Assembly: GCA_963803435.1 (NCBI GenBank)
Contig: CAWDML010000003.1
Span: forward strand, 128,001 to 192,000
Direction of reading: 5' to 3'
DNA length: 64,000 nucleotides
DNA from: an uncultured delta proteobacterium
GTDB taxonomy: Bacteria > Myxococcota > Kuafuiibacteriia > Kuafuiibacteriales > Kuafuiibacteriaceae
How positions within the stretch are numbered: the first letter of the stretch is position 1; every line of letters starts with the position of its first letter. The translations under genes and the position numbers were made by a program. Of this stretch, positions 18,091 through 29,045 are shown piece after piece. The notes beneath the pieces are model-generated. The model was not told the DNA's origin, did not search any database, and was given only the letters and a program-made list of their open reading frames with translations.

Positions 18091-19983
18091 CTACTCCCGC
18101 TTCTTCAGGACCGCCTTCGTCTCGATCCTCTTCCCGTCGCGGACGTACACGACCACCACCTCGTCGCCGGGCGCGTGCTCGCGGAGCGCGATGGTCATGT
18201 CCTGGAGGTTTCGCACCTCGTACTCGCCGAACTTCACGATCACGTCGCCCTTCTTGACCCCGGCCTTCGAGGCCGGGCTCCCCTCGCGCACGCCCGAGAG
18301 CAGGACGCCGTTCTCGGTCTCACCGAAGTCCGGGATCGAGCCGAAGTACGGCCCGTAGCCGCGGCCGCCTTCGGCGAGCTTCGGCGCCGGCGCTCTCACG
18401 TAGGTCAGCCGCGTCTTCGCCATCGCCAGCGCGCGCACCAGATCGGTCGCGACCGAGCCGACCTCGGCCATCCCGGGGTAGTTGAGCGTGTCTGCGTCGT
18501 CGGTCGGCTTGTGATAGCGCGAGTGTGCGCCGGTGAAGAGGAACAGCACCGGGACGCCGGCGGCGTAGAACGAGGTCTGGTCGCTGGGCCCGTAGCCGTC
18601 GCCGCCCAGGTTGCCGGCGAGGCCGTGGTCGGCGACCAAGCGCCTCGCGAAGTCCTCGAGCTCGAGGGCGGTCTTCACGCCCATCACGTAGAGCTTCTTC
18701 TCGCGGAGGTGCCCGACCATGTCGAGGTTGATCATGGCGGCGACGTCCTTGATCGGAACGGGCGGATTCTTCACCAGGTGGGCGCTGCCGAGCAGGCCGC
18801 TCTCCTCGCCGGCGAACAGCACGAACAGCACGCCTCGGCTCAGGGGGTCCTTCATCTTCACGATGGCGCGGGCTGCCTCCACCACCACTGCGGTGCCGGA
18901 CGCGTTGTCGTCGGCGCCATTGTGGATCTGGGGCTCGTCGCCGTCGGCGAGCGAGTCGGAGCTGCCGTATCCGAGGTGGTCGTAGTGGGCGCCGATCACG
19001 ATCCACTCCTTGGCGCCACCCTCGGGCACCAGGATCCCGCCGACGTTGTCGACGGTCCGGCGCTCGCGGATGATCTCGGTCTGGATGGAGGGCGCCGGCG
19101 TGGAGGCGCTCCGGCTGTGCGGCCGGTAGTCGGCGTCGATGGCCTTCTTCAGGGCGGTGACGTCGAACCCGAGCAGGCGGCTCGCCGCCGGCGTGGTCAT
19201 CTCGACGGAGACGATCCCGGCGTCGCTCTCGGGATCGAGCCTGCGGCGCAGCTTCTTGAGCTTGGTCCGCACCAGGATGAGCGCGGCCGCCTTCTCGTGG
19301 CGGGCCACCAGGACCTTTCTGCGGATCGATGACGCCGGCGTGGTCTTCCGGCCGTCGAACGGGCTCTTCGGATCGTCCTCGCCCGGCTCGCCGTCGAGTA
19401 TCACGACGACCTTCCCGGCCACGTCCAGCCCCTCGTAGTCGTCATACTTGTACTGGTCGGCGCGGATGCCGTAGCCCGCGAACACCAGCGCGCCGCTCGC
19501 GGTGCCGGTCCGCGAGAACGGGAAGGGACGGAAGTCGGTACCGGCTCGGAGCTTCGTCTTGCCCTGGACGAGCGCGTTCTTCTTGCCCAGCTGGGTGCCG
19601 ACCAGCATCTCGAACGGTTGCCGGTAGCTGTCGCCGAACGCGGGCGCGAGGCCGATCTCGCGGAGCTGCTTCTCGAGGTAGTCGGCGGCGACGTGGATGC
19701 CGCGGGTGGCGGCGCCGCGGCCCTCGAGGGCGTCGCTGGCGAGGAGGGTGACGTGGGCGCGCAGCGCGTCGGCCGAGAGGCTGGCGGTCTTCGTGAGCGT
19801 CACCGTCAGCGGCACCACCCCGGGCTGGCTCGCCGGCCGGCTCGCGGGTCCCCTTGTGGCAAAGCCCTCGGAGGCCGCCCCTGGGGCTGAGGTCGGTGCG
19901 GGTGGGGACGGGCGCTCGCTCGTCTTCGGGCATCCCGCGAGGGTCAGGGCGAGGACGCATGCACGTCCCAGATGGCCGTTCAC
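18091..19983 (-). CDS. M28 family peptidase lipoprotein with PA and PDZ domains
   Basis: LAGC lipobox; IGAHYDHLG, GADDNASG, GEESGLLGS, NLDMVG, SDQ, YH; C-terminal PDZ; start estimated. Confidence 0.9.
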   Translation of the reverse strand: MNGHLGRACVLALTLAGCPKTSERPSPPAPTSAPGAASEGFATRGPASRPASQPGVVPLTVTLTKTASLSADALRAHVTLLASDALEGRGAATRGIHVAADYLEKQLREIGLAPAFGDSYRQPFEMLVGTQLGKKNALVQGKTKLRAGTDFRPFPFSRTGTASGALVFAGYGIRADQYKYDDYEGLDVAGKVVVILDGEPGEDDPKSPFDGRKTTPASSIRRKVLVARHEKAAALILVRTKLKKLRRRLDPESDAGIVSVEMTTPAASRLLGFDVTALKKAIDADYRPHSRSASTPAPSIQTEIIRERRTVDNVGGILVPEGGAKEWIVIGAHYDHLGYGSSDSLADGDEPQIHNGADDNASGTAVVVEAARAIVKMKDPLSRGVLFVLFAGEESGLLGSAHLVKNPPVPIKDVAAMINLDMVGHLREKKLYVMGVKTALELEDFARRLVADHGLAGNLGGDGYGPSDQTSFYAAGVPVLFLFTGAHSRYHKPTDDADTLNYPGMAEVGSVATDLVRALAMAKTRLTYVRAPAPKLAEGGRGYGPYFGSIPDFGETENGVLLSGVREGSPASKAGVKKGDVIVKFGEYEVRNLQDMTIALREHAPGDEVVVVYVRDGKRIETKAVLKKRE

Positions 19984-20098
19984 GGGCCGCTCAAAACACG
20001 TCGGCGGGGGTCCGAGCAACGTGGGTGTCGGAGTAGGTGGGACCCCCGCGGGGTGAAACTCGACGTCGGTTCCGGGACCGTGCTACACCAGCTTCCCT

Positions 20099-23000
20099 AT
20101 GCCAGAAGGCCAGGATCTGGAGGCAAAGGCTCCGGAGAGCTCGGCCGACGTTCTCCCTTCGGACGGGCGTGAGGCCAACGGGCACAGCTTGCCCGAAGAG
20201 CTGGACATCCCGGTCGACGAGGCGCCGCCGCACCCCGAACCCGTGAAACCGGTCACAGGTGACGTGTCCGTCCAGATCAACCCCGCCGATCTCCCGCCCT
20301 TGTTGCCGGTGGGCGAGGCGCGGGCCGAGCCGCCCTTCGAGCCGAAGGTCCCCGAGGAAGCGGCCCGCTGGGAGCAGGTCATCGTCGAGTACGAGCGCGA
20401 AGCCGCTGCGCTCGGGAACGAGGCCCGGGCCGCCAGCCTGTACCTCGAGATCGGTCGCATCTACGAGGAGCAGCTCGCGAAGCCCCGGAACGCCGCCACC
20501 TCCTATCAGCGGGCGTTCAACCTCAACCCGCGGTCGCTGGACATCCTCCACGCGTCGCGCCGGTTGTTCACCGAGGTCGGCAACTGGGCGATGGTCGTCC
20601 AGATCCTCGGCTACGAGATCGAGTGCGCCGAGTCGATCGAGCGCAAGGCCACCCTCTTCGCAGAGAAGGGGACCATCCTGGAGGAGAAGCTGCGGAACGT
20701 GGAGGAGGCGCAGAAGGCCTTCCGCCAGGCGCTCGAGGCCTGGTCCGCCGAGCCGCTCGCGATCAACGCGCTCGAGCGGATGCACCTGTTCCGCAAGGAG
20801 TACGACCAGCTGTACCGGGTGTACGAGCGCGCGATCGCCGCCACCTCCCGGCCCGAGCGCAAGCTCCCGCTCCTGGTCGCCGCCGCCCAGCTCGCCGAGG
20901 ATCGACTCGACGATCTGGAGGGCGCCGTCCGGCACTACTTCGAGATCCTGGACAGCGATCCGACCAACCCGCTGGCGCTGTCCGCGCTGCGGCGCATGAC
21001 CGCGCAAACCGGGGACTACGAGCGGCTGGTGGACGTCATGATCCGCTCCGCCGAGGTCACCGAGGATCCGGACGAGGCCGCCACCCACCTGCTCTCCGCG
21101 GCGCGCGTGCAGCACGAGAAGATGGGACAGATCGATCGCGCGCTGCTCTCGCTCCTCAAGGCCCTCGAGCATGCCCCCGAGAGCCTGACGATCCTCAAGG
21201 AGATCGAGCTCCTCTACCTCTCCAACGACCGGCCCGACGAGGCGGTGAAGGTGCTCCGGCGCGAGGCCGAGGTCACCACCGAGCCCCGGGATCGGGTCCC
21301 GATCCTCTTCAAGCTGTCCACCTTGCTCGAGGTCGATCTCGAGCTCGGCGAGGAGGCGATCGCGCCCCTCGAGGAGGCGGTCCAGCTGATGCCGGAGTAC
21401 ACCCCGGCGGTGCAGGCGCTCGGGCGCCTGTACACCCGGCTCGAGCTCTGGGAGTCGCTGGCGGCCCTATTCGAAGCAGAGGCGCGCCTCGACGAGGACA
21501 AGAGCGTCGCCGCCGAGAAGCTCTTCAAGCTGGCCGAGATCCAGGAGCTGAAGCTCGAGGAGCCCGAGCGCGCCATCACCACGCTGATGCGGCTCCTCGA
21601 GTGGCGTCCCGACTATCAGCCGGGCCGCAAGTACCTCGAGCAGCTGCTCCAGTCGCGCGAGCGGTGGGCCGAGCTGATCGAGCTGTACGAGGAAGAGATC
21701 GATCTGCTGGGCGCCCACGACGAGGACCAGAAGGTCTTCCTCCTGGGACGCATCGGGATGATCGCCGAGGACAAGCTGGCGGCGATCGACAAGGCGGTGC
21801 TGGCCTTCGAACGGATCCTCGAGCTGGTCCCCAGGCACCTGCACGCCATTCGCACGCTGGCGCGGCTCGCAGAGAAGCGCGAGGCCTGGACCGAGGTCGT
21901 GCGGCTGCTCGATCTGGAGACCGAGGCGACGGCCGATCAGAAGGAGGTCGTGTCGATCCTCCACCGGTCGGCCCAGATCACCGAGGAGAAGCTGTTCGAT
22001 CGGGAGACCGCGATCACGCTGTACGAGAAGGTGCTGACGCTCAGCCCGACGTATCTCCCCGCCCTGAAGAGCCTCGGCCGCATCTATCACCAGCAGGGGC
22101 GCTGGCACGATCTGCTGACGATGTACCAGCGCGAGCTGGAGGTGTCGAAGTCGGTCGATCGCACCGTCGCGCTGCTGTTCCGCATGGCGGACGTCTTCAC
22201 CGAGAAGCTGTCCGACGAGCCGAAGGCCGCCGAGATCTTCGAGCAGGTGCTCGCGCACGATCCCGACAACCTCCCTGCGATGCGCGCGCTGGAGTCGATC
22301 CACACCCGCCGCGGAGACTTCGAGAAGCTGGCCGACGTCCTGATGCTCGAAGCGGAGCGCGTGAAGGACGACAAGGAGCGGGCGACCGCCCTGATGCGCG
22401 TCGGCGAGCTATGCGAGGAGAAGCTCGACCGGGCCGATCGCGCCGCGGAGGTCTATCAGGAGGTGCTGCGGCTCGAGCACAACTTCGACGCCGCCATCCG
22501 TTCGCTCGTGCGGATCTACTCTGCCGAGGGGATGTGGAACGCGCTCAGCCGCGCGCTGAAGACCGCCTACGATCACGCGAAGAGCGACGACTCGAAGGCC
22601 GCGATCCTGGTCCGTTGCGCGGAGGTCGCCGGCGACAAGCTTGGTAACCTCGACAGCGCCGCGGAGAACCTCGAGCTGGCGCTCGAGCTCCGTCCCAACG
22701 ATCTCACCGTGTTATCGCAGCTCGAGCGCGTGAGCGTGGCGCGGCGCGACTGGCGGCGCGCGATCTCGCTGGCGGAGAAGCTGGCGGAGCACGAGACCGA
22801 TCCGCGGCTGTACGCGTCCCGGCAGATCCGGGTCGCGACGATGAAGGAGACGCAGCTCGAGCCGCCCGAGTCGGGGGCCGAGCACTACCGGCGCGCGCTC
22901 GATCGCGTGCCGAACCACCCGGTGGCGCTGCGTGCGCTCGAGCTGGCCTACCTGAAGGCGGCCAACTGGGCCGGCCTCGCCAGCTTCTATCACCGTGAGG

Positions 23001-25312
23001 CGATGGTGACCCGCGATCCCGATCGACAGGCGACGCTGTTCTGTCGGGCCGCCGACCTGGCGGAGCACCGACTGCAGAACGACAGCCTGGCGGCCGAGAT
23101 GTACGCCTCGGCGCTGGGCGCGAACCCGAAGCACCTGCCCGCGGTCCGCGGCCGGCGGCGGCTGGCGGAGAGGATGGGCGACGCCCACGCGGCGCTCGAG
23201 TGCATCCGCGCGGAGGGAGAGGCGACCGCCGATCCCGATCACGCGCGCGAGCTGCTCTTCCAGGCGGGTCAGCTCTACCAGGACAAGTTCCAGGATCTGG
23301 CGCAGGCCGTCTCCACCTACGAGAAGGTCCTGGCGGTAGCTCCGGACCACCTGGCGGCGTTCAACCGGCTCGAGGCGATCTACCTCGAGCAGGAGTCGTG
23401 GGCGCCGATGCTCGACCTGCTGGAGAAGAGGGCACACGCGCTGGCCGATCCGGCGGAGCAGGCGAAGCTCTACGTGGCCGCCGGGCAGATCGCGCAGGAC
23501 CGCTTGCAGGACGTCGACCACGCGATGCGCCTCTATCAGGAGGTGCTCTCGCGCGACCCGAAGCACTCGGTCGCGCTGGTGCGGACCGGCCCGATCCTCT
23601 TCGCCCGGCAGGAGTGGGATCAGGCCATCGACGTCTTCCACAAGACGCTGGCGGTCAGCAAGGAAACCAAGGTCCTGGTCGTCGCGTTCAAGTCGCTCGG
23701 GATCATCTATCAGGAGCACCGGCAGGATCTGGTGAAGTGCGTGCAGTCGTTCCAGGCGGCGCTGCAGGCGAACCCGTCGGACGTCGAGTGTCTCGAACGG
23801 CTGGCGTCGGTGTACCAGGAGGCCCAGGACTGGGCGAGCGCGATCAACGTGCTGCTGCGTCTCGCGGACGTCCAGGAGAAGCCGAAGAAGAAGGTCGAGA
23901 CCCTGTTGACGCTCGCGCACATCTACCAGATGGGCGCTCAGGATCGGCGTAACGCGATCCTGGCGAACCGCAAGGCCCTCGAGATCGAGCCGACCAACCA
24001 GACCGCGATCCTGCGCCTGTCCGACCTCTACGAGGCCGAGCAGGACTGGCAGAGCCTGGCGGACGTGACCGCGACGTACGTGCGGTTGTTGCCGCCCGAG
24101 CAGAAGGAGAAGGCGGCGCCGCTCCACTTGAAGATGGCCGACGTCTTCGAGAAGAAGATCGGAGACGACGCCCGCGCGATCAACGCGCTGAAGTACGCGC
24201 TCGAGGCCCAGCCCGAGAACGTGGGGGCGCTGGAGCGGCTGGCGAGCCTGTACTCGAAGAAGGCCGACACCTTCCCGCAGGCGGTCGACGTGCACCGGCG
24301 CCTCCTGTTAGTCGATCCGTTCCGCATCGAGAGCTACCACGCGATGCACGAGATGTTCTCGCGCACCAAGCAGATCGATCGGGCGTTCGTGTTGGCGGAG
24401 ATCCTGGTGTTCCTCCGGGCGGCGAAGCAGGAGGAGGACCTCTTCTACCACGAGCACAAGGCGAAGGTGCTCGCGTACGCCGAGGGCGCGCTCGATGCGG
24501 CGACGCACGATCGACTGGTCACACACCCGGGTGAGCGCGGTGCGATCCGCGCCGTCCTCGAGGTCCTGAGCACCGAGCTGGTCAAGGCGTATCCGGGCAA
24601 CCTGGCGCAGTATGACGTGGCGAAGAACGATCGCTACGGGCCCCGCGGCGATCACGGGCTCCGCTCGGTGGCGAACCGCGTGGCGCTCACGCTGGGCGTG
24701 CCGCAGTTCGATCTGCTGATGACGCGCACGACCGATCTCGGGATCTTCATCGAGAACGATCGACCGCCGGCGTTGATCGTCGGCGCCAGCGTCGACCGCA
24801 TCCAGGACAAGGACCAGCGCTTCCTCTTGGGGCGCGCGCTCGAGCGGCTGAAGGGCGGGCACCACCTGCTCGACACCATTCCCCCCAAGGAGATGGAGAC
24901 GCTGCTCTGGACCATCGCGAAGTGGGCCAACCCGGGCGCGCAGATCCCGATCGATCCGGCCTCGCTGGACTCGATGCAGCGGAAGCTCGCCAAGGCGCTC
25001 TCCAGCCGCGCGCGCAAGGTCCTGGAGGAGATTGGACGCCACCTCACGAGTGCCCACATCGATGTGGCGAAGCACCGGGCGGCGGCGGCGCTGACCGCCA
25101 ACCGTGCCGGGATGGTGGTCACGAACGACGTCGAGGTCGCGGTGCGCAACATCGCCCGCGACTATCCGGACGTGCGGCCCGTGTTCACCGACGCCCACGG
25201 GGCCGCCCGCACCCTGGGCAAGATTCCCGAGGTCAAAGAGATCCTCAACTACGCCGTGACCGAGGAGTACTTCCAGGCCCGCGCGCATCTCCAGATCGCG
25301 ATCCGCGAGTGA
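20099..25312 (+). CDS. Very large tetratricopeptide-repeat protein (1737 aa)
   Basis: Recurrent A..YE.VL..DP....AL..L.RIY helical repeats through most of the length. Confidence 0.85.
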   Translation: MPEGQDLEAKAPESSADVLPSDGREANGHSLPEELDIPVDEAPPHPEPVKPVTGDVSVQINPADLPPLLPVGEARAEPPFEPKVPEEAARWEQVIVEYEREAAALGNEARAASLYLEIGRIYEEQLAKPRNAATSYQRAFNLNPRSLDILHASRRLFTEVGNWAMVVQILGYEIECAESIERKATLFAEKGTILEEKLRNVEEAQKAFRQALEAWSAEPLAINALERMHLFRKEYDQLYRVYERAIAATSRPERKLPLLVAAAQLAEDRLDDLEGAVRHYFEILDSDPTNPLALSALRRMTAQTGDYERLVDVMIRSAEVTEDPDEAATHLLSAARVQHEKMGQIDRALLSLLKALEHAPESLTILKEIELLYLSNDRPDEAVKVLRREAEVTTEPRDRVPILFKLSTLLEVDLELGEEAIAPLEEAVQLMPEYTPAVQALGRLYTRLELWESLAALFEAEARLDEDKSVAAEKLFKLAEIQELKLEEPERAITTLMRLLEWRPDYQPGRKYLEQLLQSRERWAELIELYEEEIDLLGAHDEDQKVFLLGRIGMIAEDKLAAIDKAVLAFERILELVPRHLHAIRTLARLAEKREAWTEVVRLLDLETEATADQKEVVSILHRSAQITEEKLFDRETAITLYEKVLTLSPTYLPALKSLGRIYHQQGRWHDLLTMYQRELEVSKSVDRTVALLFRMADVFTEKLSDEPKAAEIFEQVLAHDPDNLPAMRALESIHTRRGDFEKLADVLMLEAERVKDDKERATALMRVGELCEEKLDRADRAAEVYQEVLRLEHNFDAAIRSLVRIYSAEGMWNALSRALKTAYDHAKSDDSKAAILVRCAEVAGDKLGNLDSAAENLELALELRPNDLTVLSQLERVSVARRDWRRAISLAEKLAEHETDPRLYASRQIRVATMKETQLEPPESGAEHYRRALDRVPNHPVALRALELAYLKAANWAGLASFYHREAMVTRDPDRQATLFCRAADLAEHRLQNDSLAAEMYASALGANPKHLPAVRGRRRLAERMGDAHAALECIRAEGEATADPDHARELLFQAGQLYQDKFQDLAQAVSTYEKVLAVAPDHLAAFNRLEAIYLEQESWAPMLDLLEKRAHALADPAEQAKLYVAAGQIAQDRLQDVDHAMRLYQEVLSRDPKHSVALVRTGPILFARQEWDQAIDVFHKTLAVSKETKVLVVAFKSLGIIYQEHRQDLVKCVQSFQAALQANPSDVECLERLASVYQEAQDWASAINVLLRLADVQEKPKKKVETLLTLAHIYQMGAQDRRNAILANRKALEIEPTNQTAILRLSDLYEAEQDWQSLADVTATYVRLLPPEQKEKAAPLHLKMADVFEKKIGDDARAINALKYALEAQPENVGALERLASLYSKKADTFPQAVDVHRRLLLVDPFRIESYHAMHEMFSRTKQIDRAFVLAEILVFLRAAKQEEDLFYHEHKAKVLAYAEGALDAATHDRLVTHPGERGAIRAVLEVLSTELVKAYPGNLAQYDVAKNDRYGPRGDHGLRSVANRVALTLGVPQFDLLMTRTTDLGIFIENDRPPALIVGASVDRIQDKDQRFLLGRALERLKGGHHLLDTIPPKEMETLLWTIAKWANPGAQIPIDPASLDSMQRKLAKALSSRARKVLEEIGRHLTSAHIDVAKHRAAAALTANRAGMVVTNDVEVAVRNIARDYPDVRPVFTDAHGAARTLGKIPEVKEILNYAVTEEYFQARAHLQIAIRE

Positions 25313-25328
25313 AGATCCGCTGAATCGA

Positions 25329-26375
25329 TCATTGCTCGACGGAGAAGTCGAGGGCGACGATCGTGTCGCCGACCGCCAGATATACGAACCCGAGCTCGCC
25401 CTCGGCCACCTGAAGGGACGGCGGCCCCGCCAGCGTGAAGGTGGCGAGCTCCTCGCCGGTCCCGAGATTGAGCAGATGCACCGTGCCGGCGCTGTCGAAG
25501 ATCGCGACGCGACCGTCCATCACGTGGGCCTCCGTGTCGATCGGAGGGCCAGCGGTGAACGACCAGACGACCTCGCCGGCGGTGTCGAGGAGCTCGACGA
25601 TTCCGTCCTCACCCCAGGCGAGGACCCGCCCGTCTCCGAGGATTTGCGTGCCAGTGACGCGGGCTTGTCGGGGATGGGAGAAGACTTCGGCCCCGGAGGC
25701 CTCGAACAGCTTCACTCCCGCCAGGTGGCCGACCGAGACGCGGCCCTCACCGACGCTCACGCCGCCGGCGGACTCGCCGACCGGCTGGTCGAACACCGTC
25801 TCGCCGCCGGGGGAGATGCCGACGAGATGGCCGGGCGTGAACACCGCCGCGAAGGTGGTGCCGTCGCCGGCGACGGCGGGGGCCGAGTCGATCGGTCCGC
25901 CGAGCGGGACGTCGAACACGGTGGTGCCGTCGGGCTGCATCGCGAACAGCCGGCCCGAGGTCGATCCGACCCGGAGCGTCCGGTCGGGGGCCACCACCAG
26001 GGGGCTGGTGACGCCGAGCGGCGAGGCGGGCGCGAGCGCCTTCTGGATCCCGGAGCCGATCTCGAGGCCCACGACGCGGCCCACCGTCGAGACCAGGAAG
26101 ACCGTGAAGTCCGAAGCGACGGGCGCCCGGCTCGTGGGGAAGGTGCTGTTCGGCCCCTCGATCTTGAGGCCGCTGCCCTCCTCGTGCGTGGTCAGCTCGC
26201 CCATGCTCCCGCTGAGGGCCACCAGGACGCGCTTCTCCGGCCCGATGCCCGGGGGCGCAGGTTCGGCGGCGAAGGTCTGGCTCCACCGCTGGACGATGAT
26301 GACCGGCTTCTTGCCGCCGCAGGCGGTTGCACCGAGGAGGAGCGCGAAGAAGAGGATCGACCGCGAGGCTCGCAC
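25329..26375 (-). CDS. PQQ-binding-like beta-propeller lipoprotein (BamB-like)
   Basis: Lipobox ATAC; repeats such as GRLFAMQPDG...SAPAVAGDG and GEVVWSF. Confidence 0.7.
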   Translation of the reverse strand: MRASRSILFFALLLGATACGGKKPVIIVQRWSQTFAAEPAPPGIGPEKRVLVALSGSMGELTTHEEGSGLKIEGPNSTFPTSRAPVASDFTVFLVSTVGRVVGLEIGSGIQKALAPASPLGVTSPLVVAPDRTLRVGSTSGRLFAMQPDGTTVFDVPLGGPIDSAPAVAGDGTTFAAVFTPGHLVGISPGGETVFDQPVGESAGGVSVGEGRVSVGHLAGVKLFEASGAEVFSHPRQARVTGTQILGDGRVLAWGEDGIVELLDTAGEVVWSFTAGPPIDTEAHVMDGRVAIFDSAGTVHLLNLGTGEELATFTLAGPPSLQVAEGELGFVYLAVGDTIVALDFSVEQ

Positions 26376-26440
26376 CCGCGTCGCATCCTACCGCAGTGCT
26401 GTTGCGCTCGGCGACCTTTGGCGATACCCGTCGGTCGATC

Positions 26441-27055
26441 GTGGCCGAACCAGGACGTCCTCGGGCGAACGACCCGATCCTCGGCCTGCCGGGCGAGATC
26501 AAGCCGCTCCGGATCGTGCTCTACGTGGCGCTGCTGTTGTCCGCAGTGTCGGCGCTCTTCCTCGAGGAGCCCCTCGCGGGCGCGGTGCATCGCGGCGCGG
26601 TCTCCGGCGTCTGGTTGTTCCTCCCGCTCGCGCTCTACGGCGTCTTCTTCACCGTGTACGCCGCCGACCGCTGGCTGCTGGTGAAGCGCCGCGGCTACCC
26701 CACGGGCCGCGCCTTCTTCCAGGTGGCCTTCGGGATCGTGTTCGGTCTGTTGCTCTTGCCGTCGACGCTCGGCGCCTGGATGGAGCGCCACCCGGTCGGG
26801 ATCGAACGCCTGATGTCGCACCCGGACCCCGAAGTGCGGACTGTGGCGGTCGAGGCCCTGGGCTTTCGCGGATTCTCGCGAGAGCGCGCCGCCATGGTGG
26901 TGACGCGACTCGACGATCGCGATCCGCGCGTGGCGGAGGCCGCTCGGACAGTCCTCTCCAGGTGGTCGGGGCGAGATCGGAGTGATCTGGCTGGTATCCG
27001 GGCTTGGGCGGGGCGATTATCGGCGACGTCCACGATGACGGAGGGAGCCCGCTGA
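26441..27055 (+). CDS. Membrane protein with C-terminal HEAT repeat
   Basis: Three TM segments, then HPDPEVRTVAVEALG and LDDRDPRVAEAA; start estimated. Confidence 0.7.
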   Translation: MAEPGRPRANDPILGLPGEIKPLRIVLYVALLLSAVSALFLEEPLAGAVHRGAVSGVWLFLPLALYGVFFTVYAADRWLLVKRRGYPTGRAFFQVAFGIVFGLLLLPSTLGAWMERHPVGIERLMSHPDPEVRTVAVEALGFRGFSRERAAMVVTRLDDRDPRVAEAARTVLSRWSGRDRSDLAGIRAWAGRLSATSTMTEGAR

Positions 27056-29045
27056 TGCGTTGGCAAGTGTCGCTGCAGCTCGCGATCGGGTTCGGCGCGC
27101 TCTTTGGCTTGGCCTATCTGAGCGCCGAGAAGTTCCTCGGGCCGCCGCTCGAGTCGAGCGCCGTCGATTCCGCCGAGGCGCATGCGATCGTGGGCGCCTC
27201 CGAGGTCGCGAGCGCATGGGTGCGCGCGCGTTCCGGTCGCCGTGCGCTGGTGCGAGCGCTGGCTGGCTCGCCGACGTTCCAGGAGTCCGACCGCGACCTC
27301 CTCGGCGCTGCCCTCGAGAGCGCGACCGTGCAGATGGGCGGCGGGAGCGCAGCGCTGGTCCGCGCCGGCGGGGCCATCGTCGCCGGCTTTGGACCGTCGT
27401 CGGACGTCCTGGCACCGCTCGAGTCGGTGAAGGACGCAGAGGGGGGCGCGACGATCGTCCGCATCGAACGGATCGGCGACGAGCTCCACCTGGTGGCGGC
27501 CGCCCCGGTGCTGGGCTCCGACGCGCGGGCCGCCTCGACGCTGGTGCTGGCCTCTCCCGTCGGCGAGAACCAGCTCCACATCTGGACGCGCGGCTTGCCC
27601 CAGGACATCAGTGTCGGCCTGCTCGAGGGCGATCGCATGCTCGCCTCCACCGTGCCGCAGCCCTACCGGAAGGAGCTCCCCAGCCTTGTCGCCCGGGAGG
27701 TGACCGTCGGCGACCGCCGCTTCCGCGTCGCGAAGAACCAGATCGTCGACGACGTCGGCACCATGCTCTCGGTGGTGGGGCTGGCCTCGGTCCAGCCTGT
27801 TGCCAGCTCGGTGGTGATGGAGCGGGCGCGGCTCCTGATCACCCTGCTCGGAGGCATGGCCCTCATCCTCGCGCTGGTGCTTGTCCTGATCGCGCCGAGC
27901 GACAGCGTGCGGGAGCTGATCGAGGACTTCAACCAGAGCACGCGCGATCTGCCCCGGCGAGACACGCAGCCCCTCGAGCCGCTCGAGATCCTGGGCGGGC
28001 CTACCCCGAGCGCGCGCCCTTCGGACCGCGCGCCGGTGGAGCACTATCCGTCGCCGTTCGCGGGATCCGATCCCCGAGTCCGCCTACCCTCCGCCGATCC
28101 CGCTGTCGGACGGCCCGCCGCTGACGCCGCCCGCGCCGTCCTTCTCCACGCCCTCGCTCGAGAGCGTGACACAGCCACAGCCGTCGAAGCGCACCTCGAG
28201 CGATACGCGCCTGGCCCTCGACGCAGAGAAGCGCATCGCGCCGCCTCGCCCGACGCCCGCTCCGCGCCCGGCCCCGGCGCCCTCGCGGGCGTCGGATGAT
28301 CACTACCCGTCCTCCTCGCCGTACGGGGTCCAGGACGCGATCCCTTTGCCGGGAAGCACGCCTCGCGCGAGCCAGATGCCGCCGCCGGCGTCGCCGTTCG
28401 ATCAGAATCGCCGCGGCCGCGTTTGCGCCGCCGCCGCCGTCGCCGCCGCCGCCGGTCCGGTCGGGGCCGAAGGAGGACGATCTCCTCATGCCGAAGGGCG
28501 TCGACCTGGAGGCGATCGCGCGCCAGGCGGCGAAGCAGGGCCCCCCGAAGCACGAGCCGACGGACCTTCCGGGACTGCGATCACCGTACGCGCCCGCGAC
28601 GCCACCGCCGTCGCGGTCGTCCCGCTCCACGGAGGACCTTCCCGGGCTGCGGGCCAACGATCCGGCCGCGCGGATGTTCGACACGGGCAAGCCGGCGCCC
28701 CGGCGCACCTCTGATCCCTGGTCCAACCCGGCCCTGGGCGTCTACTCCACCACGCCGTCCGTCTCGGAGCGGCTCTCGGTTCCGGATCGCGCGCCGAGCA
28801 ATCCGCCGCTCCAGACCGGCCCGACGGCGTTCGACGAGGAGCACTATCGCGTCGTCTACAACGACTTCGTGGCGTCGAAGGCGCGGCTGGGCGAGGTGGT
28901 CGACAACATCACCTACGAAGGCTTCCGCTCCAAGCTTCGCTCCAGCGAGGAGGCGCTGATCGACCGCCACGGCTGCCGAGCGGTTCGCTTCCAGGTGCTG
29001 GTCAAGGACAATACGGTCTCGCTGCGGCCGCAGCTGGTGCGCTGA
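27055..29045 (+). CDS. MXAN_5187-like protein: TM-periplasmic-TM, Pro-rich linker, conserved C-terminal domain; two apparent +1 frameshifts
   Basis: C-terminus EEHYRVVYNDFV...FRSKL...VRFQVLVKDNTVSLRP; three ORF pieces join near GGGATC 28062-28067 and GAATC 28405-28409 (span 3n+2). Confidence 0.7.
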
